A stretch of DNA of 64,000 nucleotides from Haliotis rufescens (taxonomy: Eukaryota). The position numbers and the translations under genes were made by a program. The stretch is from the NCBI RefSeq assembly GCF_023055435.1, contig NW_025963802.1:35030001-35094000 (forward strand), in the 5' to 3' direction. Below are positions 24,783-39,079 of the stretch, piece after piece; within the stretch, counting starts at the first letter, position 1; each line of letters begins with the position of its first letter. The notes below the pieces were generated by a model, which saw only the letters and a program-made list of their open reading frames with translations, made no database searches and was not told the origin of the DNA.

Positions 24783-27399
24783 AAGAACCAAATGCACGAA
24801 CCAAATCAAAGATGTTTGATGCGCAAGTTCACCAAGTTAGGTCATCTGTCACAACAGTGTACAAGCTTAATTGTGTCAATACACCTGTCCTATACTCCCT
24901 TGTGTGGTTGATGATTACCACTGCAGGCGAGACAAACAATGTCATTACCTGGACCCACCGGCACGCATTCATTAACATTGGAGCATCACACGTACATGCA
25001 GGTGCTACATTGTGTAAGCGTGTGGGCCAGGTGTGTTTGTGTGGGTGGGGTTGTCTTACCTCCCTTTAGTCCTTAAATATACAAACTTGCACAAAATAAT
25101 ACATAATATATACATGTACACTGCATAGAGCCACTCCAATGTGAGACATAAAATCCATTTACGGCGAGAATGAATAATATATACACTTTTTGCGTCAGAA
25201 TAAAAACAGTTACTATAGGTACATTTAAAACGACAAAGCCATAGAATAACCAGTCTCCATTATCCTACGAAACAGATTCTATTGGGCGTAATAGACAATA
25301 AATAGACTAACACTGTAAACACTTTAAAATAATTATCCTTTACTTCATCAAAAGAACATTTCCTCTTCTGCTGTAATCAAGGAAACTAGACTTGGTTTAG
25401 TTTGATCTAGACTTGCCTAGATATTTTAGTAAAAACACTATCTCTCTATATATAATGTGCATAAAAAGTATATTTTTGTTGCCTGACACCGCACAGTCGC
25501 CCTCCATGTGACGGCGGCATTTTAACAAACCAGACAATCAAGTGATGGACCAGAAATCCAGTCACACGATACCGTATTTACTGATTTTGTTGAAACTTAT
25601 AACGATATACTCAAGATTCTGAATATGCTTCATTGGAGAATGTTATACATGCGTTGCTACATTGGAACGACGTTTGGCAACCTTTCTGAAGTATCAACAG
25701 TTCTCATACGGTTCTACAAAATGGAGAAAAGCTTCCCAGGAACATTCAAACGCAAAGGGCGACTTTATCTCAAAATTAAAGTACTTGTCCTGTTAAAAAC
25801 ACGAATTATATAACCCAGTCACGTTTCCCCAGATACATTTCAAAGCAGCAATGACCAACCAATCTGTCTTCATTGCTACTGGGAGTACCCCCGTGTGCAT
25901 CTCCTCCCTGGCACTGCACAGCAGGCCGTAGCAGCTCTCAGTCTCCTAGTCCTGCATGCACTCATTGCGGAATATCGGATTTTAATTTCATAACTAACAA
26001 TTGTCTAAATGATAAAAAAAAGCCTAAGCCACAACTGTAAAATCACTTTCAGAAGAACAAAATATGTAATAAAATATTTCCGAGACTGGGGGGCCGATAA
26101 CGGTTAAATCCATTGAACAAACCGGCATCCACCCCGATTTAACGCATTGTGTATGTCTAGCATCTCGGAATCTAGACAGTATTAAACTGTAAAGTACGAT
26201 AACAGAAACATCGCGAAGCGTAGTTTTGTTGACACACTCTGCATGATTAGGTTTAATTATACAGTGGTTTATGGTTGGTATTTTTGTAAATCGGGAATGT
26301 AACTTAGTCAATTGTTCCCAGAGCCAGATCTGTCATTAAGTAGTGAGTTAAATTGTAAAGTATATTTTCAAACTCAAAGAAACGCTAACAAAATACCAAT
26401 CACAGAAATCAGGCATCATTAAAACCCAGTACTTCACCATGTTTGTGTGTTTAGATGTGTGCGTTTATGTGTCAATGGAGATGTTAACATGTATTTTGAA
26501 GCACATTCATCGTGTACAATCCTCTCTTCAGAGCCAGCTGTTTGAATTCATGATCATCTAGCTCTTTTCACTTCAATATATTCTCCTGTGACTTTTGCCC
26601 ATTTTTTCTTACGACCAGTGCCAGAATTGTACGTGCGTGTGTGTTTTTAATCAACGTCAAAAGAATCGATGGAAATGTCACGCACCATGGGACTTTCGGG
26701 GCCGTCCCGTCATGCACTAGATCAACACTTCCGGATAAGAGATGACGAAAGCACATGTGCAAATCTACAAAAAGCGGGCGCAGCTTTTGTCAATACTGAG
26801 TGCACCATATGTTTTCATAAGCATTATTTCCTGAAACATGTTTCCTTCCACTATTTCAGAGTTATTCTACTGATGTGATTTTAATCGAGATTATTTTTTT
26901 ATAAAGGCATATAACGTGCTTAATTTCTATGAAATGGATTGTGTTAATCGGAATAGCTGGCAGGGAGGGAAATGGAGTGTTAAACAGTTCTCTGTGTAAG
27001 GTCATATGATGATAACACAACCTCCCCTATTTTATACAGACACAAGGGCCATCAATTTGTGTCATAATATTTTGCTTCCTTTCTGTTTTTGTAGCACCTG
27101 CTATTTCCACCAGTTATAATGGACCTTCTCAATAAGTCTATTGCATCGGTGGTCTATTGCAAGATACAATTTTCTATTTCTCAAAATAATCTTCAGTTTG
27201 GGTTCTATTGATGAAGCAGGGTATGTTGGAATTTCTTAGCACCGACCTTAAATGACAGTAAATCATCTTAACCGTTACATTAGAGTACTACTCTACAACA
27301 TGATCATTAGTTTTGACACATCATGCAGACAACGGGACACCACGACCATTTTTGTAGCATTCGTTAGTCTAGACATGCATAAATTCCTCAAACAATGAT

Positions 27400-27880
27400 T
27401 CTTATTAGAAGGCATCTGTTTTCCATCACAAAGCTCCATTCGCCTTAATATTTCAAGATGCGGATGAGAGTAACTCCTCGTTTGAACGTTGTGATAGTTT
27501 TTCTTCAGAGGTTCAAGACAATTTGTCTAAAAATGACAGCAAAGGTCATCTGAAGTTTACTGAGAAATAAATATGTGAAATGCTGAACTTCCTCATTGAT
27601 AACATCCAAGCGAAATTTGGGGGTAAGACATTTAGGCAAGGAGTCGGCATCCCCATGGGCAGTAACTGAGCTCCCTTCTTGTTGATCTGTTACCTTATAC
27701 ACATGAATCGGTTCTGCTCGGATTGGTAAAACAAGGTAACTTGGTAAAGAACAAAAACTTCAGGTATATCGATGATCTGATAACGTTCAGTGACGTTTAA
27801 TGTGATGGGTGCACCAGTGGGGCTAGATACTCTCACCTTTTCGAACACTGGTATCATCACTATTCGATAGTGATTACTAA
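27400..27880 (+). pseudogene. Degenerate Penelope-like (Naiad/Chlamys-type) reverse transcriptase fragment followed by the 3' module
   Basis: MLNFLIDNIQAKFGGKTFRQGVGIPMGSN*AP from 27580 and NFRYIDDL at about 27756-27779; stops and frameshifts present. Confidence 0.8.
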
Positions 27881-28042
27881 ACAACTGATCTAGTCGGCAT
27901 CGTTAGTCGATACTGCCTTTGAACGTTGCACTGCTAGTATACCAGTCGTTTAACGCAAGATCAATGTATGTTACTTTATAAGATGGTTCATTGTGTTACA
28001 AATACTACTTCACAATATCTAATTGGTCCTCATGCTCTATTT

Positions 28043-28297
28043 GGGGGCACGGGTGGCCCAGTCGTCTAAGGCGCCGCAATTCTCTGTGAAGAGTTGCGTC
28101 CCTTGGGCACGCCAGAAATCCCGGCTCGCCCCGATTATGTTTGTAGGTCTGTCAGCACCATACCCGTGCTCGTGGGTTTCACCGAAGTGGTTAACGTCTA
28201 AGACCTGCATCACTTCGGGCTTTCCTCCCACATTAAGCTGACGCGCCGTGATATGACTGAAATACTGTTAAAAGAGACGTTAAGCACAACTCACTCA
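28043..28297 (+). mobile_element. SINE family B with TSD tcatgctctattt
   Basis: tRNA-Leu-like head ggtggcccagtcgtctaaggcg; internal deletion removes the B box. Confidence 0.87.
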
Positions 28298-29459
28298 TGC
28301 TCTATTTTCTGTCATTCCGCTGATCTATGCTTTGACGATTTTATCAGGTGACAAAGAAACTGAATGATTATTGTCTATAAACATTCAGAGTATGTTGTGC
28401 CATTGCTTCATAATAACACTGTGGTGAGAACGCGTGGCGTTAACGATTCCTGCCTCAGGCGATACACTGGACGGTCAGTATTTATAGATTCATTACGGGT
28501 AGATTAACACGTTTACTTACCCGAGAAAACAGGAAGGGGAGATACAGGTTACAATGGATTCAGCAATTTGTGTCATCACCTCCACTGAATCACTGACTGA
28601 CAGGTGATGCGGGGGTGAGCTACGAGTGAGTGAGTGAATGAGTGAGTGAGTTAGTGAGTGAGGTTTTACGCCGCCTTTAGCAATATTCCAGCAATATCAC
28701 GGCGGGGGACACCGGACATGGCTTCACACATTGTAAACAGCAATGATAAATATGATCAGCATGTGCCTTCAGTATGTGCTAAAACATGCAGAGATGATTT
28801 ATATACCCAATGTTAGTCGTGACCCTTTTTTACACCCCCCCCCCCCCCCATAAACCACAGAAAATCAGTGATGACACCAGGTGTTCGCGAAAAGGATAAG
28901 CATGTCCTGCCCTATGGAACACAACCTAGTTACCCCAGGCAACCGTCATTCTACCCTTGGTCTTAGGTGTGTAACCATTTTATATTCTAGTGGAATCATG
29001 CTTATGATGAATGTCAGCGCTTGCTATATAAACATCAACCCGGATTCAGCAGCAGGGGATACGTCTACCTCACCGATGTGATGGATGTGCAATGAAAGAT
29101 GACGAGACACGCCACAATCAATCCACTGTATAGCCATTAAGGGGATTCCAATCTCGAAAATTAACTGAAAATGATTTGCTACACTTAGCGATAATGATTG
29201 GGGTCAGGCGAAGAACACCAAATGCAAGCCTACATTCATTTTACAGCGAACGTTACACCTCGTCCACAATCACCTCTCTTTCAACTCAGGTATGACAGTA
29301 TACGGAGCTGACAACAAATAAACTAAAACACACCCGCTGGCTTCGCGTGATCGAAACACGAGCTTAATACATCAACAGCACAGTCATTTCAATGTACATT
29401 AAATAAAACGGAAAGACAAAAAAATATAGTTGGACATGAACGCTTCCGCCAATTTGACG

Positions 29460-29642
29460 AGTGAGACCTTCTTAAACCGAAACCTCGTTAATCCGAATAC
29501 CGGGATAAATGTGAAGGTCTACCAATATGCATGTGCCTCAAACAAAAGGACGTTACTTTATACACTTATTCGATTATCCGTATATCTGTTATCCGGGGAA
29601 TGTCAGTGGGAATGTTATTGTTCGGATAAACGGGGTTCACTG
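29460..29642. mobile_element. Degenerate pogo/Tigger-like MITE
   Basis: Imperfect TIRs agtgagaccttcttaaaccgaa / ttcggataaacggggttcactg. Confidence 0.45.
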
Positions 29643-30329
29643 TTATAATGTAAACCGGGCCCATTGAGACAGGAGGTCAAACTGATCAGATCGGGACTGC
29701 CACTAATGATAATACAAACCTTTGCAATCACAACTGACGGTGGACATTGCTCGTCTTGGTACACACACTCACGCGCGCGGATATCGGACTCCAACCAGGG
29801 TTCATAAACACAGACGGAACCATTATACAGAACACATACATTAATCGCCATTCCAATGGGGTAAACTCTCCGTTGAGACGAGTAGTGACGAACTGCACAA
29901 TTTCATTCTAGAATCTATCCCACTGATACTGTTTTAACATACTAATGCAATATCCTGGCTGATGATGTCCAACGTGGGGCCCTTACTCAGGATATACTCG
30001 GGTAATGTACTTTCCAATACTACCGTGATGAAATGCACTTCGCCGCGCGGAGGCAAACGTGCAATGAAGGTCTGTTACAGACAGAGTTCTATTGCCCGAT
30101 CTAAATTGATTAAATCAGCTGATCATCTGTTACTATTTGTTGGTGCTGATGAACAAACGTCTGGTATTCCGACAGTTAACTAGTTTGCTTTTTTTAATAG
30201 ATTAGGAATCACGAACTGTTGTTCCCGGTAACACTGCCAATACCGTTCACTGGAGACCTGTATATAAACACTTAAAAGCAGTATCCATCTCATGTCAATT
30301 TCTAGTGTCAAGATGTCTATATCACTCAC

Positions 30330-30515
30330 CTCTCAGAATCAACTGTAGTCCTACAGCCGAGCACTGTCAATCAATTCCACGAGCCATGTGAATTACAAAT
30401 TACTAGCATGCTTCCCTATTGCTTGACTTCATTCTGATAAATGTGATGTAACAACGTTGGGGATTCTAATATCACCGCTCCTCAAATGTGTCGATAATTA
30501 CAGCCAATCAGAACA
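30330..30515 (-). promoter_or_regulatory. Candidate VMAT promoter and non-coding first exon
   Basis: Consensus donor GAG|GTGAGT at 30330/30329 on the minus strand; CCAAT box (cagccaatcaga) at about 30501-30512 in non-repetitive sequence. No transcript evidence. Confidence 0.3.
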
Positions 30516-32631
30516 GTCGATTCCATTTGGTGCGGAGTGCGAGAGTGCAGAACACTTCTGATGTGGACTACGGCTCGTGCCGTCACTTTTCGGTTATCGT
30601 AAAATCTAGTCACTGTGGACAGCCAAGTGTCTGTTTCAAAAACGGAGTCTTTTACACGCTTACTAGTATTGCCGTGTTTAGTTGAACCAAATCGATTAAT
30701 GCCACTTGTGCAAACACTTCTTTTATGTGAAACCTTATGTTGACTCTTCCGCGTGTACTAAACATAGAACAATGCATATGTCCCACCAACTCACGGCCGC
30801 TAAGCATCTGACGATAAGGAAGTCACCGGACCTTCGGTAGTGATTTTTCCTCATGGTTATAATCGACCCAATTCAGAAAGACCTATTGACAGGACGTGAC
30901 GTAAACAACAAACACAACAAATTGCATCTGAATAGTATTATATCGAATAAAATAATTATTACATTGGGATCGACGCAAGTAAGAAAAATGCACATATAAC
31001 TATTTAAAAGGTGGGGAGTAATGTTAGGAGTTTTTCATTATTTTATTTATTTATTTACTTAATTTTCATTTCTATTTAAGAAACTTATAGCAGAATAGCT
31101 TAATAATTGATGACATGCTTGGGGATGTAGCTAGGGATGAGGATGACGTGGTATCCGACTGTGATAAACAACAAATGATCAAAGACTATTTCTAATCAAT
31201 ACGGTATATATTGTGTTTTCCTGGCATTGAGTGAGACAATGTGTGTGAGACAAACAAGCACACGCGTTAATTCTGTGCAGCTGTAACTTCTTGTTGCTTA
31301 GCAACGTCACAAAGCATTAAAACTACAAACCCTTTCAATGCACCGTCTTCTGTTTTGTGTTTTTATCGCTTTTAGCTATCAAAAACCGCATTTCATTTGA
31401 ATTCTCAAGCACATTTACATTAGGCACTGAAATCACAATCTTGGTTCGTTTTTGTCGCGACGGCATTACACAATTCCTCTTTTTAAACAAGCCATATTCA
31501 TACATGTAGATTTTTGATTCGCTCATTCAAAGCTATCGTATAGGAACAAATCCGAGAGTCAACGATCACCCGCCCATCGGCAAGAGTTGAATCTAAATGA
31601 CGGCACGGAATAAAAGTTGGTCTTGGCCAGAGGAAGCACGAGCTATTTGCAATTATATTGGCCCTTCAATCTAGGAATCATTAGATGTGCCAAACGGCAT
31701 GTGAAATAAAGCGTCAGGAACGGAAAGGATGAAAGACCCTATGTTCTCGCACACGAGGCGAGACCCCGATGCTTGCGCTATCGATTCCAAGAACTTAACT
31801 AGTATTTTCTCTTTTAAATCTAGAATTACACATCCGCTGCGTCAATGACATGTTTGATTGGCAAATTAAAGTCATTGTCTATGATAGGATGTCTATTTGG
31901 GAACATAACAGTATCAAATTAATTACTTTTATAACCGGTATTTTTTGTGCTTTCAGATAGCGTCGAAGGTACTCTACTGAAGTTGAAGACATCACTGGTT
32001 TGGCAAAACTTCCAAAAAGAGCTAAAATCATTTCAACTGGAATGTTATTTTAATCAATTTTGACCTTTCGCGCTTGGTGTACTTTCAAAGCAATGTTGTA
32101 TTTATGTATGTTAATTTTTATAATGTGCGTGAAGATCGTGGAAGTTACAATTATGCCACTTAATTGACCTTAACGACTTTAGGCAATCACTTCAATGTAT
32201 TCTTTTTATAGAAAACACATTCTTAAAAAATAAGACGACTTGTGCTGCGAACTCCTACCTTGGGTAGTAAATGATAGATTCAGACAGGGTTACTATGCCC
32301 CGCTAATACTTTCATGGAATTACGTTCCATCAATATCATTCGAAATGAATGTAAAAAAAATATTTGTAACAAAGCGTGCCTTAGATCCAGTGAACAAGAC
32401 CATTAGGCAACTTAAACAACCACCAACATCTTCACAATCAGCAGTCTGACCTCGTCAGTAATTGCAACTGAGGTTATTTCCCTTTCATGTATGACGTCAC
32501 AAGACACCATGTCTCCTCGATGATCTTAGCGTCTTTAATGCATTGGGTGAGTAATACCGTTACTTTGAAATCTCACGTTAGTCCTTTATTCTTCAAATAA
32601 CGCTTTGGCCTTTATTATCATCTCTCATTAA

Positions 32632-33958
32632 CTCATATTCATCTGCCTTCCCTCATATTCATCTGCCTTCCCTCATATTCATCTGCCTTCCCTCATATTC
32701 ATCTGCCCCCCTCATATTCATTTGCCCCCCTCATATTCATCTGCCTTCCGTCATATTCATCTGCCTTCCGTCATATCCATCTGCCTTCCCTCATATTCAT
32801 CTGCCTTCCCCCATATTCATCTGCCTTCCCTCATATTCTTCTGCCTTCCGTCACATTCATTTGCTTTCCGTCATATTCATTTGCCCTCCCTCATATTCAT
32901 CTGCATTACCTCATATTCATCTACCTTCCCTTATATTCATCTGCCTTCCCTCATATTCATCTGCCTTCCCTCATATTCTTCTGCCTTCCGTCACATTCAT
33001 TTGCTTTCCGGCATATTCATTTGCCCTCCCTCATATTCATCTGCATTACCTCATATTCATCTGCCTTCCCTCATATTCATCTGCCTTCCCTCATATTCTT
33101 CTGCCTTCCGTCACATTCATTTGCTTTCCGGCATATTCATTTGCCCTCCCTCATATTCATCTGCATTACCTCATATTCATCTACCTTCCCTTATATTCAT
33201 CTGCCTTCCCTCATATTCATCTGCCTTCCCTCATATTCTTCTGCCTTCCGTCACATTCATTTGCTTTCCGTCGTATTCATTTGCCCTCCCTCATATTCAT
33301 CTGCATTACCTCATATTCATCTACCTTCCCTTATATTCATCTGCCTTCCCTCATATTCATCTGCCTTCCCTCATATTCTTCTGCCTTCCGTCACATTCAT
33401 TTGCTTTCCGGCATATTCATTTGCCCTCCCTCATATTCATCTGCATTACCTCATATTCATCTGCCTTCCCTCATATTCATCTGCCTTCCCTCATATTCTT
33501 CTGCCTTCCGTCACATTCATTTGCTTTCCGGCATATTCATTTGCCCTCCCTCATATTCATCTGCATTACCTCATATTCATCTACCTTCCCTTATATTCAT
33601 CTGCCTTCCCTCATATTCATCTGCCTTCCCTCATATTCTTCTGCCTTCCGTCACATTCATTTGCTTTCCGTCATATTCATTTGCCCTCCCTCATATTCAC
33701 CTGCATTACCTCATATTCATCTACCTTCCCTTATATTCATCTGCCTTCCCTCATATTCATCTGCCTTCCCTCATATTCTTCTGCCTTCCGTCACATTCAT
33801 TTGCTTTCCGGCATATTCATTTGCCCTCCCTCATATTCATCTGCAATACCTCATATTCATCTACCTTCCCTCATATTCATCTGCCTTCCCTCATATTCAT
33901 CTGCCTTCCGTCATATCCATCTGCATTACCTCATATTCAGCCCTCCCTCATATTCATC
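32632..33958. repeat. 20-bp minisatellite (tcatattcatctgccttccc) with higher-order structure
   Basis: About 66 monomers; explains the three long ORFs at 32722-34084. Confidence 0.97.
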
Positions 33959-35090
33959 CGCCTAGGTTCTTATTCTTGTCTTGCATTAAGTCTCATACTG
34001 GATTTGGCATTAGTATATAACACTCTACATGAAACACGTTTAAAGGTTCAGACATATGTTTGCATACATGCCACAAATCAATAAGCTGGTAGTTCTTTGA
34101 AGTCTTCCGGAACATTCTCCAATCAGTTACTTCCTTGTCTAGACTGTAACGCCATGTCCAGAGAAGTCCAGTCATGTACAGCTGACCGCCTGGTTGTGAT
34201 GTCGCTCGTGTACATTAATATTATTGTACGCATTGGGCATCTACTTGCATATATCAATCTCATGAAAAATGAAATTTAATTACATGTACTTTTTGTAAAC
34301 ATTCCTTAACTTCATATTTGATCTCCTGTTCAGAGAATTGGGTATATACAATACAACAGATGCATATGAAAACAGGCAAGCATTGATTTGGGATGCAAAC
34401 TATCGCAATATCATACCCGTATAAATTAAATTGACTAGCCAATCCAAGGGACGGTGTTCCTCCTATTAATATTTTTTTAAATTGTTTCAGAAATCGTGAA
34501 GGTCATTCATCAATACATCGGATCAGTATCAAAGTAGGGTGAGTGAATATTGGTTTCGGCCGCAATAAGCCGACGAGTAAAGAATTAGAAGGCTAAACCC
34601 GTGCTGGACACGAACCTAATTATTCAGCATGACAAGGCAACATTTCAACCAGTAAGGTACCTCATTGCATCAATTATGCTGTATTTACAATCACGTACAA
34701 AACGAAGAAACCTTTGTCAACCATGCTCGTAGTGCCACCTGGCGTTTACAAGGCGAGTTAGAATATCCCTGTCAAGCGGAAGGTGTCTGGTGTCGCCACG
34801 TTGAATAACATTACGTTTCAGAAACGACAATGAACCATGTCGGCGGATTAAGTATGTGGGTAATTGGGCTTAACGCACCTGGTGTGTGTCGTCAGTCTCT
34901 CGCGAGGGGGCGCTGATCGGCTTGCGACACACACATGAGCCTTTAGGACTAGCATCTTCACTTATATGACACCCAAATCCTGGTGAATGTGACCATGTAT
35001 GTTGAGATTAAAGGTTAAAGTCGGCATTTGCCTTGTTCGTGGATGTACATGTGCGCGCTGTCTACGTGCGCATGTATGGGTACACTCACT

Positions 35091-35790
35091 CAAATTGCAT
35101 TCCCAGTGCATCCAATACATGCACTAATTTTGTTCTTGAGTTTTTCCAAGTACTTTATCCTCGACCGATTAAGAAATTACATTATTGTGATCAAAAGTAG
35201 ACATATCTTCGCTCCACGTACTGCTACAAACAATGGATTGGGTGTAGTAACTGTTGTTACAGCAATGGTCACTCCAGTTGCTCGTCCAGGCGAGGGCAGA
35301 TTGTGTCGTCTATGTGAGAATTCCTTCCACAAAAGAGACAAGCTGGCTGTTTAATCTGTCATCTGGTGTCTGTTATCCTTTAGTCATAGTGACCTCGGTA
35401 AATGTCAGAAGTGTATAAACTGTCAAGATTTGTCACTCACTCACTCACTCACTCACTCACTCACTCAAACCAACCCAGGTACACACCCACCCACCCACCC
35501 ACCCAGACCCATGGGATAATGTATACTGGATAACCAACCGGCATGAGGCTTTTAACTGTGTAAAGTAGATGTCACTCGAATGACAATATATTAACATGTT
35601 TTTATTTAGCTGACAAATGAGTAAAGCATTTTGATCATCAAGCCGAAAACACGGATTCGATTTCCACATGGGTACTATGTGTGAAGCCCATTGTTACATT
35701 CACTCACTCACTCACTCACTAGCTCGCTCACTCACTCACTCACTCACTCACTCACTCACTCACTCACTCACTCCACCACCCACTCACTCA
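35091..35790 (+). repeat. Local duplication, copy 1 (block A 35091-35433, block B 35511-35695) with (TCAC)n tracts
   Basis: Diverged match to 37551-38125. Confidence 0.85.
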
Positions 35791-37550
35791 GTGCATGTCT
35801 ACCCGCTAGATGCAGTCATGGCTTCCCTCAGGGTTATGTGGCAATAATAAGTACATATTTTAACGGGTCACAGTCACATAGCACAGTTCCATGAAGATAT
35901 AGTAAACACCTTAAAGCGAACTTCAGAAACAATTTTATTTTGCAAGTCGTAGTTCCATATGGATACACTGATTAACAGGCTTAAAATAAATGGCAACGTT
36001 TAAAGTGATGTGTTTTTTTATTGTTTTGGGGAGTTGTTTCTTCGTGTTTTTGTTGATACATTACAAACCTTCTTTGTCCGCCCTATTGATAAAGATACGT
36101 CTGTATGATGATTTTGTTGAAATGTAATTCTTAATAGATGAAAATATATGTACAGTTATTAACCTTACGGGTGCAATGTTTCTTTTCTCTGGAAGTATTT
36201 GAATAAGGGCGCATAGCTAAGTGAAGTTCGATCTTGCCTCGCTGAAGACGAATATGTATCACTCCCATGCAGAAATGCCTCATCGGTTTTACAGAAGCTC
36301 GCATGGTCGTCTTGTCAAAATGTCAATAATAGAAAAATAATCCCTTCTGGATGAATTATGCAGTTTGTCGTGTCTGAAGAACAGAACAGGGTTAACATCT
36401 GATGTCAACCCAAGAATACAACGACTTCCTAGACAGGAAGAGCCATTCAAACACCATGCCCATGACGTCATCGCCTACTTGAAGACACCAAAGCACCGTT
36501 TAGACAACGATCAAGGTTGGTTCTACAGCCTCGTTTTGACGATAGGGAGGGCCAAAAAGCCGCACCGGCTTTTCTCCGGACATACGGAGGCGACATCGAT
36601 GAAGATTGGCGAAATCTTAATGGCTTAAAGCAGACAGGAAATTATTCCCCCTCTTCATCAATGCTTGGGAGTACTCCTGGTTAACCCCGAGTTGGTCTTT
36701 CAGCTGCCCCGACTATAACAGGCAGGCGAATAAAGCCTTGTTTAAGTCAATCGTTAACTACAATAGCAAAACAGGGAGAAAGGCAAGTCGGAATACAAAG
36801 ATTGCCAGAGATCTCGACTCTACTCCCAGAAGTATTTCTACCGATGTGGACACTTGAACCAACATTCTTTAGCTCGTTTCCGCTCTTGTGGCTTTGAAAG
36901 CTTGCTGAACGCTGAGTCCGTTGTCCATCACTAGTTTCTACTCAACACCAGTAGATTTTATCAACTGAGGGACCTTTACACAATGAACAAAATCGAATAC
37001 TTTTCATGTTGAATTTTGACATGTTTTTGCTTCAATCTGTATCGATTTCCTGATTCAGAAAGTTGGATAAACAAACTAGGTGGAAATCAATGGTTTTAGT
37101 GATTGTAGATTGTAAGTAACTGTATAACATGGTTGGCAAAGTTTCGGAATATTGACTTACACTATTGACTTTAGCACTGAACGCGTTGTATTTAACTTTG
37201 GTTTAGTACAAAGTACACAATACGGTCACATCTCCTTACATCTCCACTGAAGGATGTATTGCTCGTGTGGCATAACAAGGCTGGTCCAGAGGCTGCTTGT
37301 ACATGATGTAGGGAAAAGTAATGTAGTTTTTTCAGGACGTTACTTATGAGGGTACCCTTGTGGCCTATATGTGTACGTTGTGATAAATTATTATATTATA
37401 AATTTGGACTCTAATCCTAACAAGCAACACGCGCGACTTCTATTTCCTTAAGATCTGATTTGTATTCTTCAGTTGATGGATAGTCCGTAACAGAATAGGT
37501 TAAGAAACAGTACTACAGAAGTATTTTAATATCTGGCATTATTAATATTT

Positions 37551-38125
37551 ATGGGATAATGAATACTGTCTGATTGGCATGACGCTTTTAACTGTGTAAA
37601 GTAGTTATGGCTCGAATATATATATTAACATGTTTCTTTTTTAGTAATGAGTAAAGCATTTGATCATCAAGCCGAAAACACGGATTCGATTTCCACATGG
37701 GTACAGTGTGTGAAGCCAATTGTTAGAGTCACTCACTCACTCACTCACTCACTCACTCACTCACTCACTCACTCACTCACGCAAATTGCGTTTCCAGAGT
37801 ATCCAATACATGCACTAATTTTGTTCTTGAGTTTTTCCCAAGTATTTTATCCTCGACCGATTAAGAAACTTCATTATTGTTATCAAAAGTAGACATATCT
37901 TCGCTCCATGTACTGGTACCAGCAATGGATTGAGTATAGTAACTGTTGTCACAGCAATGGTTACTCCATTTGCTCGTCCAGGCGAGAGCAGATTGTGTCG
38001 TCTATGTGTGAATTCCTTCCACAAAAGGGACAAGATGGCTGTTAAATCTGTCATCTGGTGTCTGTTATCCTTTAGTCATAGTAACTTCGGGAAATGTCAA
38101 GTGTATAAACTGTCAAGATTTGTCA
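37551..38125 (+). repeat. Local duplication, copy 2 (block B, (TCAC)n, block A)
   Basis: Matches 35091-35695 in swapped order. Confidence 0.85.
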
Positions 38126-38254
38126 ACTTGTATTACATATTAGGTATATGTAATATTTAATATTCATAAAGCTTTAATTAGACAGATATTTATTTTGATG
38201 TTATGGGAAATAGAAGGTGTCATGATTGCGAACATCCGAAGCCGCACTAAACAG

Positions 38255-38424
38255 TGAGTGAGTCAGTGAGTGTTGTTTTACGCCGCTTTTAGCAATATTC
38301 CAGCAATATCACGGCGGGGGACACCAGAAATGGGTTTCACACATTGTACCCATGTCGGGAATCGAACCCGGGTCTACGTCGTGACGAGCGAACGCTTTAA
38401 CCACTAGGCTACCCGACCGCCCCC
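38255..38424 (-). mobile_element. SINE family A
   Basis: Near-identical to 3762-3927. Confidence 0.9.
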
Positions 38425-39079
38425 AGCACTGAACAGAGCAAGATGCGTGTGTATTCAAGTACCAACCAATAACGTAAACACTAAAGTTATTCATTTGGGA
38501 GATCATGAATACCGCGGAGTGAACCAACGGTTAAACTACACACAGTTCTTCACATAGCATTGACATAGCTCTACACATAGCTATAGACAATATTCGAAAC
38601 AGACATCGGCCCGTAGGCCCGAGGATTTCTTGAGATTTGTCCTCAGGCTGATAGTTTTAAATTTCATCAGGAAATTTCGGTCTGCAGTTTATTTAACTAT
38701 TTAATAAACATTATTTAAGTAATGTGATAAACATAACTTTCATATTTATAAACAGTAGGATTAGACCTTTCAAATGGTATATGACATGTAGTCGCAAAGA
38801 TGTTTTCCTGACAAATGTAGGCTTCACTTATCACCACTGAGTCTCTGGGAACTTGACATGATAGCAGTAAAAGCCTCTGAGTGACTGGTTGTGTTTTGTA
38901 ATTTATATTGCAAGGGTATGTCTCCCTGCTTCAGCTGAAATGTTTGGGCCCACAGGGTTTTTTTTCCACTGGGACTACAGTTTTTTTAAATGCGCTGGCC
39001 CTTAAGGCTCTCGGTTTACGCTGCTGAGTTTCAGGCACCGGTTCTACATATAGCCCTACACTGAGGTCTACACATTATG

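Noticed and set aside
32722-34084. Three overlapping ORFs of 314-432 aa
   Set aside because: All three frames are open because the 20-bp unit lacks stops; no protein features.
36290-36720. GC-richer stretch with short ORFs
   Set aside because: No recognisable domain or consistent splice signals.
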